DNA of 64,000 bases from Camelus ferus (GCF_009834535.1 NC_045715.1:21018001-21082000), one strand, 5' to 3'. Positions 27,004-38,372 are shown, numbered from the stretch's first letter. A program made the numbers and translations. Notes: generated by a model not told the origin, from the letters alone.

Positions 27004-29186
27004 TCAGAGCCGGGCCTCGCCCACCCCTCCAGGCTTCTTCAGATAGTCACCACCACCCCTGCCATCGGTGGAGATTTCCCGGAAAACGGTGAGCATGGAG
27101 TGCCGGACTCTGTCAGCCAGCGCCGGGACGTCGTCTGGTGTCAGCCCTTCTGTGGGCACTGGGGGCAGCACCCGGACCTGACATTGCCCTGGATGGGGGT
27201 AGGGGGCGGTGAGCACCATTGCGGCCTATCTACTGGGACTTTGATCACAGGCGGAGCCTGGTTTCTGAGCGCTCCTGCTACTTACTCTCCTCCTTAACCT
27301 TTCAGTTCTCTTCCCCTTGCCCTGGACAGCTGCCCTCTGCTCACCAGCTGCCACCTGTTCTCGGAGGTCCTCCTGTACAAAGCCTTCCTCAAACCCCAGT
27401 CCAGACACCTCAGTGCCCTGCCAGCCCCTGCTGTCTAGGTTTAGCGTTTACTGCTGAATATTACAGCTTGGCACATGTAGGCTTTATCCTTCCCGCTAGA
27501 CAGTAGTGGCCCCTCTTGGAGGGACCAAGCGTTACCCACCTAGCAGGATGCAGTGGGTGCTTCATAAATACTTACTGGCTGATGTCACACTAGATGAGCC
27601 TGTGGACATCTCACAGTTCTGACACTGCCTGAACCTCCTGCCTCCCGGGGACGTCCCTCTAGCCTCTCCCAGGCCTTCCTGGCCAGCCCCCAATCCCGGA
27701 TCTGCTCAGAGCCCTCACCCGAAGTGAAGCGGCGCTCCTTCTTGCAGTAGAAGTCTTGATAGGAGGACATGACTATGGGGACGATGGGAACCTGAGGAAG
27801 GCGAAAAGCGATCAGCCCACAGCTCCCTTCCGAGGCCCCCACGACAAACCTCTGCCAAGAGAGGAAGGGATGGTGGGGGCTGGGGGCGCAGCAGTAGAAG
27901 GGGAAGTAGTAATCACCTGGGCCTGCACTGCAAGGTGGAAGGCGCCACGTTTGAAGGGCAGCATGGAGCCGTTGTGGTTTCTTGTGCCCTCAGGAAAAAC
28001 CCAGACTCGTACCTGGAAGGGGTCAGAAAATGGCTGTGATGCTGTAATGGGACTTCTGAGGTCTGCTGGCCCTGCACATCAGTTTATTTACAACTGTTCT
28101 ACTCCTTAACCCTCCAGTTCCCCAGGGTGACTCACNNNNNNNNNNNNNNNNNNNNNNNNNNNNNNNNNNNNNNNNNNNNNNNNNNNNNNNNNNNNNNNNN
28201 NNNNNNNNNNNNNNNNNNNNNNNNNNNNNNNNNNNNNNNNNNNNNNNNNNNNNNNNNNNNNNNNNNNNNNNNNNNTGGGCACACAGCGCCCTGGCAGTAC
28301 CTCCATCATCCCTAGGGCAGAGGTGGGGATGAGGTAAGGACCAGAGTGTCACAGGAAGCAGCCTACCTCACCCAGGTCATCACCCACACTACCAGGGACT
28401 GGAGATAAAGGAAGAGGCAGACTGAGGGGAGGGGGCAGGGAAGCCCCAAAAAGGAAGAAAGGGCAACTAAAGGTCTATTATCCTGCTTATGAGGGCAGCT
28501 CTACTCCAGGGAAAGAGGCCTGGGGAGGGAGCAAGGGTGCAACATCCCAGGTGAGGGAGGCTTGAGGACCTCTGGGGGATGACATCCCGGGGAAGGTTCC
28601 AGGAGGGCAGGCATGGCTAGGGGAGGCTGCTCACCAAGCAGGTCCAGGGAGCTCTGGTGGTTGGAGACGACAACGTAGGGCTGGGAGGGAGGGAAGTGGT
28701 GAGCCCCTCGCACCTCCACTCGGATCCCATACAGGTACTTGATGTGGAGCATCATCAGACGCAAGATCCTGCGGGGTCAGGGAAGAGGGTTCCAGCGGAA
28801 TCCGCTGACATCCACCTGCATGCCTCACCTCCCCTCAGCCCCTACCCACACCCCCTTTCTGGGCATCTTTGCATCTTCTCCTCCTTGTCCCTGGGCTCTC
28901 TCAGTGTCTCCACATCCGATACCTTCCCCATCCACACTCACTCACGACACTTAGGCTCCCTCATCACCCAACACTCCGACCCTCACTTCATGTTCTCCAC
29001 GTTGCGCCCTCGCACGGCGCACACGGNNNNNNNNNNNNNNNNNNNNNNNNNNNNNNNNNNNNNNNNNNNNNNNNNNNNNNNNNNNNNNNNNNNNNNNNNN
29101 NNNNNNNNNNNNNNNNNNNNNNNNNNNNNNNNNNNNNNNNNNNNNNNNNNNNNNNNNNNNNNNNNNGCCCCTGGCCACAGCTCCAT
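27004..29186 (-). CDS. AGPAT1: 1-acyl-sn-glycerol-3-phosphate acyltransferase alpha (LPAAT-alpha), 287 aa
   Basis: Exons 29186-28987 (partly N), 28768-28635, 28311-28136 (partly N), 28012-27917, 27791-27719, 27188-27004 (864 nt). Contains acyltransferase motifs NHQSSLD and FPEGTR; ends [14 protein letters not shown]. Confidence 0.98.
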
Positions 29187-29532
29187 GCTGGTCACCTGCA
29201 GGGGATGGGGCAAAGGACAGTGGGCCTGGCTCCTGGGAGGGGGATGGGGCAGGCAAGGTGCAGAAGGCAGGGTCTGGTAGGGCTCTGGGGACAAGGGCCA
29301 GAGACACAGAATAGGGCCAGAACTCTCATCAAAACCTGTCTAGGAAGCCTCTCTAGGCTGGGGGCAGAGGGGATGGGAGCTCAGGCCTGCTCTCCTACCC
29401 CTCGCCCTGAAGGCTGCAGATACATTCAGACAAGAGACACAAGACACGGACATCCACAGACACGCAATAATAAAAGGACATTAATAACAACAGCTAACAC
29501 TTGTAGCTGGTAAGGATCTTATAATGGTCTAG

Positions 29533-29847
29533 CCCGCCACTGTCCAATATGGTAGCCACCAGCCACATATGGCTACTGAGCACTTGAAATGTGGTCTGGT
29601 CTGAACTGAGATGCCAGAAGTGTAAAATACACATTGGATTCAAAAGACTTTGAATGAAAAACAGAAGGTAAAATATCCCATTAATCATCTTTTATATTGG
29701 TAACTCTGAAATTTTAAACTTTCGGACATACTTGGTTCAACATACTAAAGTAAATTTCACCCTGTGACTTTTTACCTTTTTTATGTAGCTACCAGAAAAT
29801 TTAAAATTACATATGTGGCTTGCATTATACTTCTGTTGGACAGGGTT
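29533..29847. mobile_element. MER3-like hAT-Charlie MITE
   Basis: Terminal inverted repeats CTGTCCAATA...TTGGACAG, internal GGTAGCCACCAGCCACATATGGCTACTGAGCACTTGAAATGTGG, and a GGTCTA-containing TSD. Confidence 0.85.
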
Positions 29848-31134
29848 GGTCTATATATTAAGTTAAGCTTTTCAATATGAACCACACAATTTACATTTAA
29901 AACTAAATAGGCCCAGAGTGGTTAAAAAACTTACTTGAGGTGATATGATTCCTAAGAGGCACTTCCTAGCTTAAACCTAAGTGGCTGTGCTTCTAACCAC
30001 TCGGCTACACTGCTGCCTGTCTACACACACACACGTGTACACACAGCAGGGACAGGGAAACTGACAAAACACTCACAGACATTCTCAAGGGCCGACTGGC
30101 AAGAATAAAGTCTCCGTCACAAACGCAGACACACACAGGCACATAGGCTGACCTGTCCACACACACACACAAATTTATTATCACACCCATGGCAGATAAA
30201 GGATTATAAACGCATACCCAGAAGAACCCCTCTCCACCTAAGCAGGCTCCCTTGTCCCCTTATCTGGACACGACATACCAGGGGTGGCTCTGTCCATTAA
30301 TCCTGCCTCCACAGACAGGCAAACAAATCCCACCAGCCCCTTCCCTCCCTTCCAGTGACGCTGGAGCACTGTGGTCAGGCAGGTAGCTTGTAGGTGAAAA
30401 AAAGAGGGCAAAGAGTAAAAGGGACATCACACCACCTGCCGGGGAGAGGAAAGGGCTCAGGAGGAAGAGGAGCACGCACACAGAACCTGCTTTCTAGACT
30501 TTTCCTCCTTCCTCCACTCTGTCCCACTGTTGGGGGCAGGGCCACAATTCACAAAAAACAGTGTTTAGGCAAATAACTGTCACTCACATCAAGGCCAGAG
30601 GCACTCCCTTCCAATGACAGAAGGGCTGTGCTCTAAGGTAAGCCCACTGCCAAACAAGGGTAAAGGTAACAGGCAACAGAGGAAACAGGACTCTGCCAGC
30701 ACTAGGGCAGCAGCGCTGCTCGATCCTACACCCCCCGCCCCCCAGTTTGGATGAGCACTGCTCCCCTGGATTATCTGCAACTCCTAACCCCTCCCCTTTA
30801 ATCTGTCTTCCACCACGGCAACCACCGATGTTTCTGTTAACAGACCTCGGAGCATATTTTGATCTTGCCTAAAGGCCCTTCTCGACAAGCTTACTTCTGC
30901 TTACGTCTTTGGCCACACCGCCAAAAAAGCCTCTTTTGCTCCAGTCAAACTGATTTACTTCAGCTCCTCAGACACACCGTGATCTTTCATGCTTCTGTGC
31001 TGTGAACACGCTGTTCCCTCTGGCTGGAATGTCCTTCCGCCTCTTCACTTGTCTCACACACTTCAGTGGCACTTTTTGGAAGTCTTCCTGAACCCCTCCA
31101 AGCCTGTGTTTTCATTACACTTTTATCTTAATCA

Positions 31135-31280
31135 CTGGTTTTCAAAGTGTGGAAATGTAGATTCTTAGACCTCACCTCTGATCTGCTGAATCTTGGACAT
31201 TGGGCCCATCAATCTGTATATTATTTTAAGAAGCCCTTCAGATGAGTCTGATGTGCACACAGGTTTGAGAACCACCCATC
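31135..31280. mobile_element. MER5A-like MITE
   Basis: GTTTTCAAAGTGTGG...CTGCTGAATC...GATGAGTCTGATGTGCACACAGGTTTGAGAACCACC. Confidence 0.7.
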
Positions 31281-33028
31281 CTGACACAAGGCAGGGTGTA
31301 ACTGCTCAGGGCATTTTTATTTTCCTCCCCAACCTGTAAGCAGCTTAAGGACAGGAACTGTCTTATGCCCAGGGCAGAAGGAAGCAGAGAAGACACTCAC
31401 TAAACATCTGCTGAACAGATTCTACTTCTGTATACATACCCACACAGCCATAACTAAGGACAGAGACAATGGTTCTAAACAATGAATCAGCTACCCTCCT
31501 GAGGACTATCAACTATGAAAAGGCACCAAGAAAGTAATGAACACACCAGACCAAAAAGTAACCTACTCTGAATCTACACATAAGATACGGGGTCACGGTG
31601 AAGGCAGAGGGACAACAATCAACACGGCACTTACCATCTCACACACAGTAGAAGCATACAGAATGGGGATTAACATGCCACAGGGGAAAGATGCTGCTGT
31701 CATCCAACAGATGCCAACAGTGCAAAGAGTGAGGGACAGACAATGGGCACGGCAGGGCTGACCCTGCGGTGTGCACTGAGTTTCCCGGACAGACGGTTCA
31801 CAGCCACTGGAGGCAATGTGGGTGAAGAGACAAGAGCCCGCGAGGTCAGCAACGTAAGGCACATGGGGGTGGTTCTTTAGGGACATGGAGACCCAGTTAC
31901 CTTCTTCTCTAATATTCGACATCAAGTGACCCTCTCCAGAGCAGGACTGTCTGAGGACTTATAAGCCCAGTGGAAGGCAAATGAGGTACTGAGCATACCG
32001 CTCATAAAATATATTGTCAATAAAATCATGAAATGAATAGTACGTGTAACCAGAAGCAAGAAGCTATGGACATGTCACGTCAGCACATCATGTGAAGGGA
32101 CACACATATGTGCACTGTGAACCGAGACTGGGAAAACAAACGCGGTAAACAGGCCAGTCTGATCACAACACGAGTGTGCGCTGGTCAGCTAAGCCACGAG
32201 ATCCCACACAGAGACGACTGCCTGTGGCAGGGCTGTGGACGTAACCTGTGAGCCCGAACAAACTAAAGTATAACCTTTACAGGTTAAAGTAAACATGCAA
32301 AACCATAAAATGTGTAAGAAACATGAAACCACATAATAGACGCAACAGATGAAAAACACACACACGTGAACGTGTTAAGACTGGACAGGAGACATGGGCA
32401 TCAGATATGAGAACAGGAGATTCTGATGGAAAAGAACACATCATTTCTTCACAGCCCATGGAGAGCATAGGACAACCTAGCTGCACCCAAGCCATTAAAC
32501 ATGTCAAAGGCACACGGACTCCATGTAGAAAACATGGCCCCCTATGAGGCACTGCATGTCAGTAAGGGTCTACAACAGTATAGAAGGCCACAAGAAACAA
32601 GAGGTCCCGTGCCTAGAGAGAAACAGAGGTGTCTGAGGGCATTCGTAGGAAGCCAATTCTGCTGGGGGAAGGAGGGCAATACACTGCCTTCTGCCTGCCA
32701 CAAGCCCCCCAAGATCATGTGGGGCCAAAGGGCAAGAAAAGGAATTGGGAAAGTGTCGGGAATTCCCTCTCCAAGATTCCCCGTCCACACCCCCATCCCA
32801 AATTAACAGGGTCTCCATCTCTCCTTCCTCTTGTGTCTCTTCCATCCTTCCTCCCTCTCAGGCCCCCTCTCCTTTCCCCAGCAACCCTCTCCCCAGTCGG
32901 CCCTTATCCTTTTCTCACCAATCCTCTCTCCGGTCCGCCCTCCCAGACCCAGTTTTTCCCCCATCCCCTCCTCCTCGTCCCTTTTAACACCCTCCTCCCT
33001 CCTCCGCCCATCCCTTTCCTGCCCCCAC

Positions 33029-33540
33029 CTCAGTGGGGTGGGGGGCCTGGGGGGCTGGCCCCCTCCCCAGCCGGGCTGCGGCAGCGGTGGTGGCGGGTGG
33101 CTGTGTCTCTGCCTCAGTCGGGGTGTCGGTGCCAAGGGGGCGACAGGATTTGGGGGTGTCCTAGCCCCGGCCGATGGAGGGGAGGTGAGAGTGGGAGGCT
33201 GGGCCCATAGCGGTAGGAATGGTGGGGGGTTGTCCCCCCAGCTCCCTCCCTCCCTTCCTGCTGTCTCTCTGAGGGCTGGGGCTGCTGCTGCCGCTATCCC
33301 CCGCCACCCCTCCCCACGCCCGCTAGTTTCCGGGGCTGGCCAGGAAGTAGGGGGCGGTGATGGGCGCTGTGTTTTGCCAATCGCCTCCCGGGGACCCAGG
33401 CATCTCCTCCCCACATCTTTCAGTAGTCTCTTGCTAGCTCCTCCCCACGGGAGCTCGCCCTGGCTCTGCCTCCCTCGCACTGGCCTTCTCTGCCTCCAGC
33501 TGTATTTTTTTTCCCACAGTTTCCCTTCAGCACACATGCC
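33029..33540 (-). other. AGPAT1: AGPAT1 5' non-coding leader exon (5' end approximate)
   Basis: Donor CTGAG|GTGGGG at 33029/33028. The sequence resembles the human AGPAT1 major 5'UTR as I recall it (ACAACCCCCCACCATTCCTACCGCTATGGGCCC...). Confidence 0.7.
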
Positions 33541-34619
33541 TTGGGTGCCCCGTGGTGCTGTATTCCTTCCGTGACCCGGTCCTTCTCATTCTCCATCAGC
33601 TCTCCTCTTAGTCAATTGGTTTCTTCGTTTCTCCTTAACGCCCACATCTGCTACTTATTCCCTCCAATTCCAACCCTTCTCCAACTCCTTCCTCCTGTTC
33701 CCTGTTCAAGTCCAAATATTTATCAAGCACCTACTATATGCCAAGCACTGAGTTCTTCACCTCTCTCTTTCTCTCCAGGGCTCCATCTCACCGCAACTTG
33801 CCCTCCGGCCCTCTTGCCTGGTCTCTCTGCCCTTTGTCCCCCCACTATCTCCCAGCAGTCCAGCTCCCTCCTCCACCCACTCCCTTCCTGGTCTTTGGAG
33901 AGAAGGGATACTCTCAGGCCCTCTCCCTGCTCCTGTCCTCCCCCCATTCCTTAACTTAGTACTTCTTTTCTAGTTCCTTTCCTTCATATCAGTCTCCTTA
34001 CTCACCGAAGCTGAGACAACTGAGCTGTTTTGCGATTGGCAAAACAGAGCCCATCACCGCCCCCTCTCCGCAAAGCAGAAAAGTACTCTTTTCTTCCAAT
34101 GGAAATTGGGCATTAGGGTTGCTTTCTTGAAAAATTAAGTGGGGAAGAATGCTGATTCTTCTGGGATGAGCATGCCTCCTTAATTTTGTCATCATGTACC
34201 TAGCTCTCTCCCCAGCCCTCTTCCCCATACTCCCATCATCCCCTTACCAAGATTACTCCATCACTTCTCCCTTCTTGGTCTCCACCTCTCCCTCTCAATA
34301 ACTGCCCCTAGACCTCTACATGCCTCCTGAACCTTTACCTCCCCTGCCTTAGACAACTCCCAACTTTTTACCTTTCCTCACTTGAGTCACTTGGACCTTT
34401 TATAAGGATGTTGAATAGGCCTCAGCTTGTGTCTGGCCTCCACGTCCTCAGACACCTTTGCCCTGAGAGTTTACACGCCCTGAGCAACAGGATGTAAAGA
34501 ACACTAATAATGAGAGGGCTGTTACCTAGTCCTGCTCCTTGGGCCACAGTGAGGGCCACAGACTGTAGAAAAGGCCCAAACTCGTAGGAAAGGCCCAGAC
34601 TCTAGCAGCTAGCCCAACT

Positions 34620-35830
34620 CCCAGGGGTCCAGCCCGGGAGGAAGACCCCCGGACACAGTACGAGAAGGAAGGGGCGGGCCTAACCCCATTCCGCCGCGGG
34701 TCGCCTAAAAGGGGGGCGGGCCTTGCCTCTTCTGCACCCTCACAAGGGGGCGGAGCTAGACCTTTTCTGCTCTTAAGATTTAAAACGGAGTCGAGATCAA
34801 CTCTGTTCTACTGTGTCACATTAGAAAGGGGGTGGGCATTTAGTTCAGTTCTACTCTGTAAATCACCTAGAGATGGGCGGACTGAGTCGTCCAGATGAGG
34901 GAGATGGGTTAACACCAGCGCTGCAAATCGAGGTTGGCACCATCCAAAAGTCGGGCTAATCCCAGTTCTGCTCCCTTCTTCACTAAGAGGGAAGGGCAGA
35001 CCCAAACTCTGTCCTCTACGTCACCGAAGGAGGCCGGAGCCATTTTGAACCCTGCGACCCCAGTATTTGTCCTCTTTTCCGAGCTCTTCGCCGTCTTTTC
35101 CGATCTCGGCCAATCAAGGGCGAAAGAAACGGCCCAATCAGCCGAGAGAGTCCACAGCCGGAGGACCCGGATGAGGCCGAGCCGAGGCCTTTGAACCCAA
35201 ACCCCGCCAATTGTAGAGCAGTCACCATGGCGACAAGAGAGAGGTGAAGGGGTGGGACCCGAGGAGGCTCAACCCTTACAGGATTGGCCCACCCCTTCCC
35301 GCCGCCTGCTGCGCACGCGCATTTTACCTAGCCACCATTTTCCGTCGAGTTCTAGCCAACCAATTGCTTTGGAGTCATACGCTCCAAAGTCCAATAGGAA
35401 TGCGGACGTTCTCTGAAAGAGGAAGTAGAGGCAAAAAAGGGGTTTTGGTGGGCGAGGTCTATGTGGTCTTGAGCCAATTGCCTCTGGCCTTTGGTTATGA
35501 CGGGCAGCTACTCGGACGAATAAAGCCTTCCCTGGCAGTGCGACAGGACGTATGGAGTTGTTACCAATCCCTTGGCACTGCATACTGACGTCGACTGTAC
35601 CAGCCAATAGTCAGTGTGCAAGGGCCGGACCGCGCAAACCTCTTTCCACCCCCCACCCTTTGGACCAATTCTTTCTTTAGGCCCTGTGTGATTGGCAGGC
35701 ACTCAGGCCAATAGTGATTAGAAAACCTTGAAGCCTGCCCAAAGATCGTGGGCAGGAGGCGGTTTCTCGTTTGCTGGGGCGTTTGTATGTTTGTTTCGGG
35801 GGATTGAGGGGTACGAGGGGGCGAAGCAGA
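34620..35830. promoter_or_regulatory. Bidirectional CpG promoter shared by AGPAT1 and RNF5
   Basis: Head-to-head genes; many CCAAT boxes, Sp1 GC boxes (34670-34760), NRF1-like GCGCACGCGC, YY1-like CCATTTT, TGACGTC at 35586, and X-box-like GTCACCATGGCGAC at 35221. Confidence 0.85.
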
Positions 35831-35849
35831 ACTNNNNNNNNNNNNNNNN

Positions 35850-36666
35850 NNNNNNNNNNNNNNNNNNNNNNNNNNNNNNNNNNNNNNNNNNNNNNNNNNN
35901 NNNNNNNNNNNNNNNNNNNNNNNNNNNNNNNNNNNNNNNNNNNNNNNNNNNNNNNNNNNNNNNNNNNNNNNNNNNNNNNNNNNNNNNNNNNNNNGCGCGA
36001 AAAGGAGTGGGGTTCACCTCCATACCCGGGAGGCTGGGGGCGCGGGGACCATACAGTCATATGGATACTCGGAGGGCACAGTCTCATAGGTGAGGCCTGA
36101 GGAGGGGGTCTTACGTCTTTTTGGGCATGTGTGGGCGAGAGGGTCACGTCTGTACAGAGAAGACCTGGGAGAGGGGAGTGATAGGAATTAGGAGCTGAGG
36201 CGTATGGTGTGTTAAGAAGTGTGGCGCCGCGCCGGGGGTGGGCACCAGACATCTGTGCAGGTGAGACCCTAGCCACCTTACCCTTGGGAAGGATCTTAGC
36301 TGTACAGGTGGATACGGACTAGACTCAAAGGTCAGGAGAGGCACGCATCAACTGAGTTGGGGGAGATCTAGAGAATCTAGGGAATGTGAGGTTACATTCA
36401 GGTGAGAGATGGGAAGAGGTGGTATGGCAAACTGGGGACAAGGGCACTGTGGAGGGGCAGCCCCCAGGGGTTAAGGAATTGTGGAAATAGGGATTTTATT
36501 GGGCATAGGAGAGAGGAAAAGGAGTAGTGGGGTAAGTGCTAGTAAAAGAGGGTTTGGTTTGGGAGTGATGAGGGCAAGGATGGGGACTGGGGCTGAAAGA
36601 GTAGATCTGGAAAAGTGTGCTTGAAGAGTGGAAATTAAGTCCAAAGACAGAGAAGGGAGGGGGAGA

Positions 36667-36733
<67 letters not shown>

Positions 36734-37743
36734 TTGGGGGAGAGGAAACGGTTGAGCATGTTGAGGATGGATGTACCTCTGAGGGGAAGTCAGAGAACCA
36801 GGAAGGCTGAGTTGGCTGGCCTGGTAGAGGTTGTGGAAAATATGAAAAGAAACAGCAGGTAATACCTGGGAAGAGGGGGCGAGATGGGACTGAGGTTGGG
36901 TCTGTGTCTCTCTTTTGTGTAGCTGGTTTGACCTTTCTTTTTTCCCCCTTCCAGCTGGCCCTGTCTTCATCAGGTGCGTACTCAGAGGATATGAAGAGGG
37001 AATTGGGGAGGTCTGAGAAGCTGGAAGACCCTTCTGTGTACTGGAAACCACTACATTTTTTTCCCCCAGTGGCTGGAGACACGGCCAGAGCGGCAAGAGT
37101 GCCCAGTGTGTAAAGCTGGGATCAGCAGAGAAAAGGTTGTCCCCCTTTATGGGCGAGGGAGCCAGAAGCCCCAGGATCCCAGGTGAGAGAGGGGAAGTGG
37201 TGCCGAGGGAAGGTGGAAGCTTCTGTCCTGGGAGTGGGTGTGGAAGAGGAGGGAATATTTCCTGTTGATAGTCCCTCTCCTCTTCCTCAGATTGAAAACC
37301 CCACCTCGCCCCCAGGGCCAGCGACCAGCTCCGGAGAGCAGAGGGGTGAGTCTTGTCTGATTGTGTTCCTTCCTGGCCAAAGACTTGCCCATCTCCCTAC
37401 TGACTTTCTCCACCTCTCTAGGGATTCCAGCCATTTGGTGACACTGGGGGCTTTCACTTCTCATTTGGTGTTGGTGCTTTTCCCTTTGGCTTTTTCACCA
37501 CCATCTTCAACACCCATGAGCCATTCCGTCGGGGTACAGGTAAGAGACTTCCCTCAGCTATTACCAGCAAGCCCTCTGAATCCCCCCAGCCCCCGTCCGG
37601 GCCTACAAGTGGATGCTCTTTCCACAGCTTTCCTCTCTCCCACAGGTGTGGATCTGAGACAGGGTCACCCGGCCTCCAGCTGGCAGGACTCCCTCTTCCT
37701 GTTTCTCGCCATCTTCTTCTTTTTCTGGCTGCTCAGTATTTGA
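35850..37743 (+). CDS. RNF5: E3 ubiquitin ligase RNF5 (RMA1), about 180 aa; start codon position estimated inside an N-gap
   Basis: Exon 1 is hidden in N-gap 35834-35994. Visible exons are 36955-36973, 37070-37182, 37291-37345, 37422-37539 and 37646-37743: [36 protein letters not shown]...[21 protein letters not shown]. Adding a 140-nt exon 1 gives 543 nt. Confidence 0.95.
36668..36732 (+). repeat. (TG)32 microsatellite in RNF5 intron 1
   Basis: Perfect TG run of 65 nt. Confidence 0.97.
37238..37290 (+). ncRNA. Candidate 5'-tailed mirtron hairpin (position of human MIR6833) at the 3' end of RNF5 intron 3
   Basis: GGAAGAGGAG pairs perfectly with CTCCTCTTCC; the 3' arm ends exactly at the acceptor AG. 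Confidence 0.4.
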
Positions 37744-38195
37744 GCTGTGTCTCCTTCCTGCCCACCTCCAGCCAGGGAGAATCAGTATTGGGGGTCTCTG
37801 CTGACCCTTCCTTAACCACGGACCCTCCCCTCAACTACTCCCTTTCTCTTGGCTAAGGCCAACCCCGGCCACTTTCTGGGAGGGTGTGGGGAGGAGGAGT
37901 GACATCTGTGCATAGGATGGGAAAACCTTTGCTCTGAACTGCTCCGTCAGTAGCATCAGAACTCCCAGCTCTGAGAGAGGAGGACGGACGGAAGAGACTA
38001 TCTGTCTCTCCTCTCCCGATCCTCCACTCTCCCCAGCATTTCTTGATTTGATGTTGACAGGTGGGCAAGGCTCCCTCTTTCTCTTCCCCACAGCCTCCTT
38101 GTTGATTTAATTTAATTTTTCTCTCCCCAGTGTCTAACGTGGGTTTTGACTCTTAAGTGCTTCCTTCCCCTCACTACCTCCTTTACTACAAATTC

Positions 38196-38201
38196 AATAA
38201 A
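38196..38201 (+). terminator. RNF5 polyadenylation signal AATAAA
   Basis: AATAAA about 450 nt after the RNF5 stop. Confidence 0.8.
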
Positions 38202-38372
38202 CAAGGTGAGATCTAGTCATGGGAACTCTGCCCACCTTGGCCCGTCCCTCCTTCCTTCCATGACAGGAACATCTTCTCCCCAACTTGCGTAGATTTTGGT
38301 GTGGTGTGGGGAAGCATGCGCTTGAGCCCCTCTCCTTCAGGGCTCTCAAGCGTGCAGGGGGTGAGGGTGTCT

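Noticed and set aside
27792-27870. Intron end at the position of human MIR6721 in AGPAT1
   Set aside because: Only a 6-bp GGAAGG/CCUUCC pairing is evident; no convincing pre-miRNA stem here.
32803-33574. Long minus-strand ORFs (244 and 247 aa) across the AGPAT1 leader exon
   Set aside because: Low-complexity C/G tracts. The 244-aa frame is phase 2 at the donor and stops immediately (AGG TGA) after splicing, so it is not an N-terminal extension.
35850-35994. Apparent loss of the RNF5 first exon (and of a PPT2 exon and most of PBX2 exon 1)
   Set aside because: The missing exons fit inside N-gaps of adequate size, so this is not pseudogenisation.
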